The notes under the pieces: generated by a model
What the model was told of the DNA's origin: nothing
Database searches by the model: none
The model's input: the letters and a program-made list of their open reading frames with translations, nothing else
Assembly: GCA_036171915.1 (NCBI GenBank)
Contig: JAVHRY010000008.1
Location: 1-63,674 of the forward strand
DNA: 63,674 nt
Direction of reading: 5' to 3'
Source: Elusimicrobiales bacterium
Lineage (GTDB): Bacteria > Elusimicrobiota > Elusimicrobia > Elusimicrobiales > UBA9959
Translations under genes and position numbers: made by a program
In this document: positions 54,474 to 63,641 of the stretch, piece by piece
Numbering within the stretch: position 1 is the first letter of the stretch
Layout: every line of letters starts with the position of its first letter

Positions 54474-55352
54474 CTATTCTCCGTCGGCGATCTTTTTAAG
54501 GTACTGCCCGTAGTTGTTCTTGCTCAGGCCTTCGGCGAAAGCCAGCAGCCGGGCCTTCTTTATCCAGCCCAGGTTGTAGGCGATCTCTTCTATGCAGGCT
54601 ATCTTAAGGCCCTGGCGGCGCTCCACGGTGGCTATAAATTCCCCCGCCTCGAGCAGGCTCTCAAAAGTGCCGGTATCCAGCCAGGCATAGCCGCGGCCCA
54701 GCAGCTCTACTTTCAGCGCGCCGCGCTTCAGGTAGACCCTGTTCACGTCCGTAATTTCAAGCTCGCCGCGGGCGCTGGGTTTTATGGCCCGGGCGGTCTT
54801 CACCACGTCGTTGGGGTAAAAATACAGGCCCGTAACCGCGTATTTGGATTTAGGCCTGGCGGGCTTTTCCTCAATGGACAGCGCTTTGCCCCGGGCGTCA
54901 AAATCCACCACGCCGTAGCGCTCGGGATCGTTAACGTAATAGCCGAACACAGTGGCGGCCTTTGCTTTCGCCGCCGCGGCCACCGCCTTGTGAAAAGCCT
55001 CCGGCAGGCCGTGGCCGTAGAAGATATTATCCCCCAGCACCAAAGCTACGTCCTCACCGCCTATAAAATCGGCCCCTATAAGGAACGCCTGCGCTATCCC
55101 TTCGGGCCTGGGCTGCTCTTTATACGAAATTTCAAGTCCCCAGGCCTGGCCATTGCCGAATATCTCCCGGAAATGGGGAAGGTCCTTAGGGGTTGAGATT
55201 ATCAGTATCTCCCGTATGCCAGCCAGCATTAAAGCCGAAAGCGGGTAATACACCATGGGCTTGTCGTAAACAGGCAGCAGTTGTTTGCAGACCACGCTGG
55301 TCAGCGGATAAAGCCGCGTTCCCGCCCCCCCCGCAAGTATAATTCCTTTCAT
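54474..55352 (-). CDS. rfbA: Glucose-1-phosphate thymidylyltransferase
   Basis: 292 aa with [24 protein letters not shown] and EITDVN. Confidence 0.95.
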   Translation of the reverse strand: MKGIILAGGAGTRLYPLTSVVCKQLLPVYDKPMVYYPLSALMLAGIREILIISTPKDLPHFREIFGNGQAWGLEISYKEQPRPEGIAQAFLIGADFIGGEDVALVLGDNIFYGHGLPEAFHKAVAAAAKAKAATVFGYYVNDPERYGVVDFDARGKALSIEEKPARPKSKYAVTGLYFYPNDVVKTARAIKPSARGELEITDVNRVYLKRGALKVELLGRGYAWLDTGTFESLLEAGEFIATVERRQGLKIACIEEIAYNLGWIKKARLLAFAEGLSKNNYGQYLKKIADGE

Positions 55353-55361
55353 ATTTCTCCT

Positions 55362-55384
55362 CTATTGAGGTTGAGCCTCAATAG
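55362..55384. repeat. REP copy (form A, perfect) in the rfbC2-rfbA intercistronic gap
   Basis: CTATTGAGGTTGAGCCTCAATAG, a 9-bp stem with a 5-nt loop. Confidence 0.9.
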
Positions 55385-55391
55385 ACCAGTT

Positions 55392-55937
55392 TTATCCTTT
55401 GACTTTTTCTTTTAAGAACGGCAGGGCGCTGTCCTTGGGGGACAGGATGGGGTGCTTAACCGGCCATTTTATACCGAGCGCGGGGTCGTTCCAGCGCAGG
55501 CCGGCCTCATAAGCGGGCGCGTACTCTTTTGAACATTTATAGATAACCTCGGAGCCGTCGGTAAGGGCCACGAAGCCGTGCGCGAAACCGGCCGGCACAT
55601 AGAGCATAAGGCCGTTGGCGTCGGAAAGTTCAAGGCCGAAACTTTTACGGAAAGAGCCCGAACCGGGCCGCATATCGACCGCGGCCTCAAAGATACTGCC
55701 GCGCCCGCAGCGCACCAGCCTGGCCTGGGCGTAGGGCGCCCGCTGGTAGCGCAGGCCGCGCAGCACGCCCCGGCGGGAAATGGAACGGTTTTCCTGCACA
55801 AAGACGTCTTTTATGCCCGCCTTGCGGAACTCGGAGGCTTTATAATTCTCAGAGTAGCTGCCGCGCTCGTCGGCACCCACTTCCGGCTCAATTATCGTCA
55901 GCCCCGGTATTTTAGTTCTAGTGAAGGTGAATTTCAT
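55392..55937 (-). CDS. RmlC-like cupin paralogue lacking the catalytic His and Lys
   Basis: 181 aa that aligns residue-for-residue with RmlC, but reads LRGLRYQ (His63 to Arg) and ARLVRC (Lys73 to Arg). The codon at 55749-55751 was verified as CGC. Confidence 0.8.
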   Translation of the reverse strand: MKFTFTRTKIPGLTIIEPEVGADERGSYSENYKASEFRKAGIKDVFVQENRSISRRGVLRGLRYQRAPYAQARLVRCGRGSIFEAAVDMRPGSGSFRKSFGLELSDANGLMLYVPAGFAHGFVALTDGSEVIYKCSKEYAPAYEAGLRWNDPALGIKWPVKHPILSPKDSALPFLKEKVKG

Positions 55938-55947
55938 AAAGTCCCGG

Positions 55948-56877
55948 CTATTTGTTCAAAAGCACGATATCGGTGCGCTGCTGGGCGTAAGTATCTTCAA
56001 AGCCCTCATAAGAAAGCAGGTTCTCTCCGGACATAAGCCCCGCCTTCAGGAAGTTTTTTACCAGCTCCGCCTGCAGGTCGGCCAGTTCCTTGGTCTGCGC
56101 GTAGACGTTCACTTTAAGCGGCATGTTGTAATAACGGCGTTTGATCAGGTCCGCGGTGGCGGAGAGCAGCGGTTCGCCTTTTTCCGTGTCTATGGCGCGG
56201 GCGGATTTATTGGGGCCGAAGAGGGAGGCGGAATCCAGGCTTATGGCCAGGCTCGCGCCCTTCTGGTAGACGATGGCGGTGAACTTCACCATCTCGCCGA
56301 TAGTCGTTTTAGGCGAGCCGTATTCGTCCACGAACACGTAAACCGGGGCGTAGCTGTGCCCGGCGCGCACCCATTCGCGCTGGTCGTTCTCGCCGCTCCA
56401 GTTGATACTTGCCGGCGGCAGGCCGCTGCCGCTGTATTTATGGAAGACCTTGCCTTCCTCGTCGGTGATGGAGAGGGTCCACTGCAGGTCCTTGGAATTC
56501 TTCTCGTTATAAACGCGGTTGATGGTCTCCTGGAATTTGCGCCTGGGGTAGAAGGTTATTACCGTGCGGTCGCTGAACGAAGTGCGCCAGGGCTTTATAA
56601 TGCGGGAGGTCAGGAGTTTTTCCGGGTGGTTGCGGGAAAAACTGACAAAGTCTCCCGACTCGAACAGGAACATGTCCTTGTCCGCCTCCAGGGATTTGGC
56701 GATGCTTTCAAACTGGTCGGCCTTTACTTTAAGCGGGGGTTTTTTCGTGCGGAGTTCCTCGGATGACGCTGATTTTATAACCACTTCTTCGGGGACTTCG
56801 GAGTAAGTGGGCGTGGAAATTTCCTGGGCGCCGGCCGGGGCCGCGAGCAGGAAAAACGCAGTTAATATTTTAATCAT
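55948..56877 (-). CDS. Hypothetical secreted protein, last gene of the Ton-like operon
   Basis: 309 aa with the signal peptide MIKILTAFFLLAAPAGAQE. No recognisable motif was found. Confidence 0.5.
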   Translation of the reverse strand: MIKILTAFFLLAAPAGAQEISTPTYSEVPEEVVIKSASSEELRTKKPPLKVKADQFESIAKSLEADKDMFLFESGDFVSFSRNHPEKLLTSRIIKPWRTSFSDRTVITFYPRRKFQETINRVYNEKNSKDLQWTLSITDEEGKVFHKYSGSGLPPASINWSGENDQREWVRAGHSYAPVYVFVDEYGSPKTTIGEMVKFTAIVYQKGASLAISLDSASLFGPNKSARAIDTEKGEPLLSATADLIKRRYYNMPLKVNVYAQTKELADLQAELVKNFLKAGLMSGENLLSYEGFEDTYAQQRTDIVLLNK

Positions 56878-56886
56878 AGAGTTGTC

Positions 56887-57975
56887 CTATTCCGACACGA
56901 ACCTGAAAGTGATTATACCCCACTGTTTTGAGACGGACCCTGAAAGGGGTTCAAAAGACCAGCGTTTGATGGAGTCCACGGCCAGGCGGTCAAGCGCGCC
57001 GTAGCCCGAAGTTTTTTCTACGACGGCGTTGTCCAGCACGCGCCCCGAATTGTCCACGAAGAATTTTACGGAGACGGCGGCTTCAAGTATGCCGCGGGTC
57101 TTAGCCCAGTCCGGGAACGGCGGGGCGTAGTAGCGCAGCACCTTGCGTTTGGAAAGCGGGCCGGTTATCTCCAGGCGCGGCATTTCCTGGGAGTCGGCCT
57201 GGCGCAGGGACTCGTTATGGCGCAGGGAAAGGGTTTCGGCGGAGATAGTGGGCGGCTGGCGGGCGGCTATCTGCACTCCGGAGTCGCGGGCCTCGGCAAG
57301 GCGCTGCGGCGCAGCGGCCGCTACGGCCGAAGCCCGGGCGGTAACCACGCCGCCCTGCCTTTCGGAAAGGGCCTGCGGGGCCGAGGCGGCGCGGCGGGCG
57401 TTGTCCACTGCCAGGTTAAGTTCCTGCATATTCTGCGGGCGCACGGCGGGTCCGCCGGCGTCCTCGAATTTAAGCCCCTGCGGCAGGGCGGCTTTCTTAT
57501 AGCCGACCTCTTCCAGTTCTATGCGCGGCGCCATGGCCTGGGCGGAGCGCCCGGCCTTGATGTCGAGGCCCGCGTCCTTTATGCCGCCGTCCACGCGGCG
57601 GCCTGCGTCCATTTCCAGTTTCTGCGCGGCGCTCACGCGGCCGCTGCGCTCGGCCAGGCTCTTGGGCAGGTCCAGCGCGGGGCGCCGGCGGTCGGGGGGC
57701 TTAATGTCTATCTGCGGAATCTTGGGCATTTCCGGAGCCGTGATCTTTGGGATAGCCGGCAGGGCCAGCTTCAGGAAATCCATGGTTTTATTCTTCGGCG
57801 GGACTTTGACCTGCGCCTCTTTTTCCTGCATTATAAGGTCGACGTTGGAGAGCACGATGTTGCTGGTCTCGGGGGCCAGCAGCACGAAATAAATATATAA
57901 AAACGCCAGCAGGGCGTGAAAAGACGCCGAGGCTACTACGGAATAGGTTACTGTTTTAGAATTTCCCTGGTACAT
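56887..57975 (-). CDS. TonB-family energy transducer
   Basis: 362 aa with an N-terminal TM helix and a long Pro/Ala/charged linker. The C-terminal TonB_C domain reads PPFPDWAKTRGILEAAVSVKFFVDNSGRV...GYGALDRLAVDSIKRWSFEP. Confidence 0.8.
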   Translation of the reverse strand: MYQGNSKTVTYSVVASASFHALLAFLYIYFVLLAPETSNIVLSNVDLIMQEKEAQVKVPPKNKTMDFLKLALPAIPKITAPEMPKIPQIDIKPPDRRRPALDLPKSLAERSGRVSAAQKLEMDAGRRVDGGIKDAGLDIKAGRSAQAMAPRIELEEVGYKKAALPQGLKFEDAGGPAVRPQNMQELNLAVDNARRAASAPQALSERQGGVVTARASAVAAAAPQRLAEARDSGVQIAARQPPTISAETLSLRHNESLRQADSQEMPRLEITGPLSKRKVLRYYAPPFPDWAKTRGILEAAVSVKFFVDNSGRVLDNAVVEKTSGYGALDRLAVDSIKRWSFEPLSGSVSKQWGIITFRFVSE

Positions 57976-58393
57976 GCTGCTTTTTATTCTTCTGCTCCGT
58001 GGCTATAGTTATCCCCGTGGCGCCGGCTTCCTTGGCGCGCTGCATGGCGTCGGTAAGCACACCGTAGGGCGCCTCTTCGTCGGCCTTTATCACCACCAGC
58101 CGGGCGGCTCCCGACTTTAAAATTTTGTCTATCCCTTCAAGGAACGCTGGCTCGTCGTTGAAAAGCTGTTCGTTCACGGCGTACTTAGAACCGGCGGAGA
58201 TGGTGAGTGTTATCTTGTCTTTTTCCTCCCCTTCCTGCGTTTTTGCCGCGGGCAGGTTCACCTTAAGCGCCGGGTCGCTCAAGAGCGGGGCCGTAACCAT
58301 GAAAATTATAACCAGCACCAGGCACACGTCCACCAGCGGCGCCACGTTGATGCCGGTCATCAGGTCTTCGTTGTTCTCGGTCTTAAAAGCCAT
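57956..58393 (-). CDS. ExbD/TolR biopolymer transport protein
   Basis: 145 aa with INVAPLVDVCLVLVIIFMV. Confidence 0.88.
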   Translation of the reverse strand: MAFKTENNEDLMTGINVAPLVDVCLVLVIIFMVTAPLLSDPALKVNLPAAKTQEGEEKDKITLTISAGSKYAVNEQLFNDEPAFLEGIDKILKSGAARLVVIKADEEAPYGVLTDAMQRAKEAGATGITIATEQKNKKQHVPGKF

Positions 58394-58394
58394 A

Positions 58395-58796
58395 TCAGTT
58401 CTTCATCAGCGCCATCTTGAGCGCCCCGGCCTGCTTGGCCTCGTCGAGCAGGGTTACCACCTGCCCCACACGGTTCTCGGTATCCGCCTTAACTATCACG
58501 AACTTATCTTCGCTCTTAAGCAACGCCTTGGCCACTTCGGCGGGATAATTCCCGGGCGTTATCTCGCTCCCGTTCAGGGTCAGCTTGCCATCTTTGTCCA
58601 GGCGCACCTGCACGCTTTCTGAAAGCGACACCTTGCCCACCTGGGCGCTGGCCTTGGACTGCAGCACCTTTATGCCGGCGGTAAGGGCGAAGGGGGCCAC
58701 AGCCATGAAGATGATAACGAGCACGAGCGATACGTCCACCAGCGGCGTGAGGTTTATGTCCGTTATCGGTTCTTCGTTATTGGAAGATGCGCCCAT
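58395..58796 (-). CDS. ExbD/TolR biopolymer transport protein (second copy)
   Basis: 133 aa with INLTPLVDVSLVLVIIFM. Confidence 0.88.
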   Translation of the reverse strand: MGASSNNEEPITDINLTPLVDVSLVLVIIFMAVAPFALTAGIKVLQSKASAQVGKVSLSESVQVRLDKDGKLTLNGSEITPGNYPAEVAKALLKSEDKFVIVKADTENRVGQVVTLLDEAKQAGALKMALMKN

Positions 58797-58818
58797 AGCT
58801 GTTGTTCAAAAGAGGCGG

Positions 58819-59436
58819 TTACTTTGTCTCCAGCATTATGAGCAGGCGGGCGGAGAATATCTCCAGTTCGCTGGAGATTACCTTGGTCTTGCGCATAAAA
58901 TAATTATAGATGATCACGGCGGGGATGGCCACGGCCAGGCCACCGGCGGTCGCCACCAGAGCTTCGGCTATACCCTTGGCCACCACGGTAGGGCCGCCGG
59001 TTCCGGAGAGCGCCAGGTCGCGGAAAGCCTTAATGATGCCCACCACGGTGCCGAACAGGCCGATGAACGGTGCGATGTTGCCCATAGTGCCCAGCACGCC
59101 CAGGTTGCGCTCCAGGCTCAGGCGCTCTTCCTGGCGCTTGGTGGCCAACAGCTCTTCCAGGTCCCGGCGGCTCATATGGCGGTTCTGCAGTGCGTAGTGG
59201 AAAAGGCGGGAAACCGGGGAGTCGCCTTTGGCTGTGTACTTGAGGGCGTCTTCTATTTTCCCCTCTTTAAGCATGCCGCTTACGTGGGAGAGGAAGTCGT
59301 CTATTTTCTTCTGGCGGGCTTTCCGGAAGAAAAACCAGCGCTCGAAGGCGAAGGTGAAGGATAAAAGCGAGCAGAACAGGAGAATGACCAGAGTAAAACT
59401 ATCCTTGAACACCGCGAGGTAATTTATGTTTTCCAT
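58819..59436 (-). CDS. MotA/TolQ/ExbB proton channel protein
   Basis: 205 aa with LGTMGNIAPFIGLFGTVVGII and ALVATAGGLAVAIPAVIIYN. Confidence 0.9.
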   Translation of the reverse strand: MENINYLAVFKDSFTLVILLFCSLLSFTFAFERWFFFRKARQKKIDDFLSHVSGMLKEGKIEDALKYTAKGDSPVSRLFHYALQNRHMSRRDLEELLATKRQEERLSLERNLGVLGTMGNIAPFIGLFGTVVGIIKAFRDLALSGTGGPTVVAKGIAEALVATAGGLAVAIPAVIIYNYFMRKTKVISSELEIFSARLLIMLETK

Positions 59437-59472
59437 TATATCTCCGTGATTTTATGTATCGGGAACCGAACT

Positions 59473-62400
59473 TTACCGGGGAGTTTCCCCGGTCCCTTCC
59501 ATGCCGGGGAGGGCCTGCACTTTAGCCTTGTTAACGCCGGGAGTGGCCTCGGCCTTTACCGCCTTCTTTGTCCGGCCGGCCTTCGTTTTGGCGGGCGCGG
59601 CTTGCTTTACCGGGGCGGGTTCCTGCCCGGGGTCGGCGGCCTCTTCAGGCGCGGCGTCCTGCGCCTCCGGGGCCCGGGCCGCGGGGGCGGCTTTCTCGGA
59701 ACGGTGCTTGGCGGGGGCGGCTTTCCCCATATTATTAAGCAGGGATCTTGCCCTTTCGGCCGCGGCGAGGGCCACTTCCGGCTTGCCGGAGTTGCGGGCT
59801 ATATCTTCGTACGCCTTGGCGGCTTCCTGGTAATTTTTCTCCGCCTCATAGATCTCTCCCAGCTTAACCAGGCCTTGCAGGCGCCAGGCGCTGCCGGCCG
59901 GCTTCTTCTGGCTCAGGCGTTCCCAGTAGTCGCGGGCCTCGTCGGGCTGGCGGTTGTCGTAATTCATTTCGCCCATATAATACATGGCTTCCAGACCGTC
60001 TTCCTTGCCCGCGGCCTCGCCATAGATCTGCGTAAGGGTTTTGAGCGCTCCGGCAAGATCCCCGCGGGTCTTCTGTATGTTAAAGATCTCCCACAGCGCG
60101 CCCAGCGCGTCGTCGGTCTTGCCGGTAAGGTCGTAATACTTGCGGTAGGTTTCCTCGGCCTTGTCGGTGTCGCCGATGTTCTTGTAACAGAGCGCCAGGT
60201 TGAAGAGGGCGGGCTTTATATACTCGCTCGCCGGGTAAAGCTCGGAGAGCTTTGCATAGGCGCGTGCGGCCTCTTCGTGCTTTTTCTGGTTATAATAAGC
60301 GTTGCCCAGGCGGAACAGCGCCACCGGATGTTCCTTGGCGTCTACGTAGTTACGCGCGAAACGTTCGAACACCGCTGCTGAATTTTCCATGTCGCCGGTC
60401 TGGAAATAAGCCTCGCCCAGGTAGAACTGCGCGTCCTTTATGGCGGGGTGGTCTATGTAGTCCACGCTGAACTTCTTGAGGTTCTCCACCGCGCCGGCGA
60501 AATCCTTCTTTTCGAACAGGCGGCGGCCCAGGCGGAACAGGGCCTCGCCGGAGATCTTATCCACCGGCTGGCGCGCGATAAGGGCGCCGAACCAGGCTTT
60601 AAAATCCATGGGCAAGTTGCGGTCGAACACGGCCTCGGCCAGGTCGAAAGCGTCGGACGCCTCGGGTGCTTCGGGGTAATTCGAGACGGTGGTCCGGGCC
60701 TGGTCAAGCGCGCCGGAATCCTGCTTCAGGTTGTAACTTATCTGTGCGCGGCGCAGCCAGGCCAGCGGCAGCTTGTCGCTCTTGGGGTAGTGGCTTATTA
60801 TGCCATCGTAGGCGCCGGCTGACTCGGAGTATTTCTGCGCGCGGAACCACGTGTCGGCTATCTGGAAGTCGGCGAGCTCGGTTTCGGGAGCCGCCGGGTA
60901 ACCGCGCGACAGGCGGCTCCAGGTTTCCACGGCCTGGCTGTAGTAGCGCAGGCGGTAAAGGGCCAGGCCCGCGCGGTAAAGCGCCGTGGGAGCGTAGGAA
61001 TTCTTGGGCTGTTCGGCCGCGAACGCTTCGTACATCTGGTAGGCCTTCTCAAACTCCTTGCGGTTAAAATTTCCGTCGGCCAGAGCCATGGCGTCGGCGC
61101 CCGCGGGCTGCTCGGAGTCGGCAAACTGAAGTTTCAGGGTCTTGAGTTTCTCACGGGCCCGGGTGGCGCCTTCGGTATCCCCGGCCAGCGCCAGGCACCA
61201 TACCAGGCCGTCCTGCGCGTACATGGCCGACACGTCGTTGGGGTAGATGCGGGCGATGGTGGTGTAGATATTTAGCGCGTCGTCGGTTAGGTTTATGGAC
61301 ATGTAGGCTTCGGCCACGTAGAGCAGGCTGAGCGCCCGCCACTTAGAACCCTCCGGCGGCAGGTGCTTAAAAATGAACTGGTAGGAGGTGAGTATGCTGT
61401 TGAAATTGCCGCGGTCGTATTCCGCGCGCAGGATCATGAACAGCGCCTGCTCGGCCACTTCGCTCGACGGGGCCAGGTCAACCGCGTTCTGGAAAGAGCG
61501 CAGTGCTTCGTCCGTTTTCTTAAGTTCCAGCAGCGCGGAGCCCTTAAGGTAATAGGCGTTCTTGGCCAGCGCGTGCGTAGGGTAAAGTATCAGGAATTTG
61601 TCCAGCGCGTGCGCGCACTGCAGGTAGTCCCCCAGCAGGTACTGGCACCAGGCCAGTTTATAGTTGCTGGCCGGGGCCACGGAAGAGCCGCCGTAGCCGG
61701 TGGTAACCTTGGTGTAGGCGAAGAGCGCGTCGCGCGTCTGCTTATTCTCCAGGTAGGTTTCGGCTATGAAGAACTGGGCGTAAGGGGCGAAGAAGTCGCG
61801 CGGGTTTTTGTCGATCACGCTTTGAAAATTGGAGCGGGCGCTGGGGTAGTCCTTCTTATTGAACTGGGAGGCGCCTATACGGAACATGGCGGCGCTGCGC
61901 AGTTTTGAACCGGGATATTTCTTTATAAAATCCTGGTATTTGGAGATGGCGCCGTCGAAATCGTTGGCGTGGAAGAAAGAGTCGGCGGACAGGAACTCGG
62001 CTTCTTCCTTGAAGTCCGCGTCCGGGAAATCTTTAAGGAGCTTTTCGAACACGGAGGCCGCCATGTAGGGTTTCCCCTCGTAGAGGTAGGCCTTGCCCAG
62101 GAAGAAGCGGGCTTCGGGCGTAGAGAGCTGCAGGAAGAGCTTCTGCGCTGCCGGGTAGTTCTTGCGGTTCAGCTCTATAACACCTTTGGCGAACACCACC
62201 GCGGGCTCGCGCGAGTACGGCAGGAAAGTTTCCTCCAGGCGGAACAAGGCGGCCTGCGCCTCCTGGTAACGGGCAAGAGCGATATTCGCGTAAACAGCGC
62301 CCAGCAGGCTTTCCGGCACTATGTAGCTTTTGGCGTACTTGCCTTCCACCTTCAGAAATTCTTTAAGGGCGCGGTCATAGTCGCCCATGTTGTAGTAGGC

Positions 62401-62826
62401 CTCGCCGATGCGGTGCTGCGAGGAAGCTTCAAGCCCGCTCTTAGAGTAGTCGTTTATGACCGCGGAGTAGGCTTCTGCCGCAGCGTTAAGTTCCGTCAGG
62501 GCGGCTGGATTGGCCCCGGACAGCACGCGGTCGTCCGAAGACATCTTTGAAATTTTTTCCTGGCGCAGCAGGCCCAGGCCTTTTGCCATATACGCTTCAC
62601 CCTGCATAAAACGGGCGTCCGGAGCGCGGGGACTTTTAGAGTATTCTTTTATATATTTTTGAAAGGCGTCAACCACCGCGGCGCGGTCGGTGGCGCTTTC
62701 GTAAAGAACGGCCAGGTTGCGGAACGCGGCCTCGTCTTCGCTCAACTGCGAGAGCTGCAGCTGCGCGCGGACGGGCAAAGCTAAACAAAAAATGAACGCG
62801 GAACATAACCCTAAATTTTTTTTCAA
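59473..62826 (-). CDS. Large secreted tetratricopeptide-repeat protein
   Basis: 1117 aa with a signal peptide. It has more than 20 recurring A..Y..G.YY....Y..A...F TPR-like units and a Pro/Ala/Lys-rich C-terminal tail. Confidence 0.8.
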   Translation of the reverse strand: MKKNLGLCSAFIFCLALPVRAQLQLSQLSEDEAAFRNLAVLYESATDRAAVVDAFQKYIKEYSKSPRAPDARFMQGEAYMAKGLGLLRQEKISKMSSDDRVLSGANPAALTELNAAAEAYSAVINDYSKSGLEASSQHRIGEAYYNMGDYDRALKEFLKVEGKYAKSYIVPESLLGAVYANIALARYQEAQAALFRLEETFLPYSREPAVVFAKGVIELNRKNYPAAQKLFLQLSTPEARFFLGKAYLYEGKPYMAASVFEKLLKDFPDADFKEEAEFLSADSFFHANDFDGAISKYQDFIKKYPGSKLRSAAMFRIGASQFNKKDYPSARSNFQSVIDKNPRDFFAPYAQFFIAETYLENKQTRDALFAYTKVTTGYGGSSVAPASNYKLAWCQYLLGDYLQCAHALDKFLILYPTHALAKNAYYLKGSALLELKKTDEALRSFQNAVDLAPSSEVAEQALFMILRAEYDRGNFNSILTSYQFIFKHLPPEGSKWRALSLLYVAEAYMSINLTDDALNIYTTIARIYPNDVSAMYAQDGLVWCLALAGDTEGATRAREKLKTLKLQFADSEQPAGADAMALADGNFNRKEFEKAYQMYEAFAAEQPKNSYAPTALYRAGLALYRLRYYSQAVETWSRLSRGYPAAPETELADFQIADTWFRAQKYSESAGAYDGIISHYPKSDKLPLAWLRRAQISYNLKQDSGALDQARTTVSNYPEAPEASDAFDLAEAVFDRNLPMDFKAWFGALIARQPVDKISGEALFRLGRRLFEKKDFAGAVENLKKFSVDYIDHPAIKDAQFYLGEAYFQTGDMENSAAVFERFARNYVDAKEHPVALFRLGNAYYNQKKHEEAARAYAKLSELYPASEYIKPALFNLALCYKNIGDTDKAEETYRKYYDLTGKTDDALGALWEIFNIQKTRGDLAGALKTLTQIYGEAAGKEDGLEAMYYMGEMNYDNRQPDEARDYWERLSQKKPAGSAWRLQGLVKLGEIYEAEKNYQEAAKAYEDIARNSGKPEVALAAAERARSLLNNMGKAAPAKHRSEKAAPAARAPEAQDAAPEEAADPGQEPAPVKQAAPAKTKAGRTKKAVKAEATPGVNKAKVQALPGMEGTGETPR

Positions 62827-62896
62827 GCTGTCACCTCGAACCGCCGGCAGGCATCCCGAACTAGTACCCTCCGTCTATATGATTTTATCATTATAT

Positions 62897-62938
62897 ATAT
62901 TGAGGCTCAACCTCACTATTGAGGTTGAGCCTCAATAG
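62897..62938. repeat. Head-to-head REP doublet at the 3' end of the RAYT gene
   Basis: ATATTGAGGCTCAACCTCA (form B, truncated) is directly abutted by CTATTGAGGTTGAGCCTCAATAG (form A). The latter encodes the last 8 codons and stop of the RAYT ORF. Confidence 0.9.
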
Positions 62939-63611
62939 AACGTTTTTTCTGGTTTTCCAGGTATTTGGCCATGCTGGCAAGAAAACCACCTCCGTCGGTA
63001 AAAAAGTCATCAAGAATATGGCTGGTTATCACTGATGGAAAGTTAGACAGCCCGGCACAGTCCCGAAAGCTGCTCCATCTGTACGACTTCAGGAATGCCA
63101 TTTCCAGTCCTACCGACTTAAAAGGTGCGCCAAGTTTGAGAGGATTGGCATGAATATAGAACGGAATTCCTTCGAAATGATTTTCCTCCTTGATCATTAT
63201 CGCTTTAAACCGGCCTTGGAACAGCGCACCGGAGCGTTTAAATTTTGTGTTAAAATACATTGTATACGCTGTCCCAAGTTTATGCATGAAGGCTGTAATT
63301 CCACCCTCAACTCTTTGTGTAAGGAGCAGATGGTAGTGGTTTGGCATAAGGACAAAAGCAAGAATATCCACAAGTTTTTTATTCCCGCCAGCACAGGAAC
63401 AAGACAACCCTCCCCGATCTGAATCCACATATGTTGATAAATTGCGGGCGAATAAATATCCAGCGTTAAGTACCGGTTCCATGCTATTCATATCGTGCAA
63501 GTCTTGAATAAAACGATATCTATCGCAATCGGTAGAAAAGACATCCCGTTTATCAGTTCCCCGGTTGTAGATATGGTAAACCTGCCCCTCCGCGAAGTTA
63601 ATTTTCCTCAT
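62916..63611 (-). mobile_element. REP-associated tyrosine transposase (RAYT; IS200/IS605 Y1 transposase-like)
   Basis: 231 aa with IYNRG, HUH motif LMPNHYHLLL, RSGALFQGRFK and the catalytic-Tyr helix YIHANPLK. It is flanked on both sides by the same palindromic repeat and is visibly more AT-rich than its neighbours. Confidence 0.85.
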
Positions 63612-63619
63612 AATTCCCC

Positions 63620-63641
63620 CTATTGAGGTTGAGCCTCAATA
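63620..63641. repeat. REP copy (form A) 8 nt upstream of the RAYT start codon
   Basis: CTATTGAGGTTGAGCCTCAATA. Confidence 0.9.
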
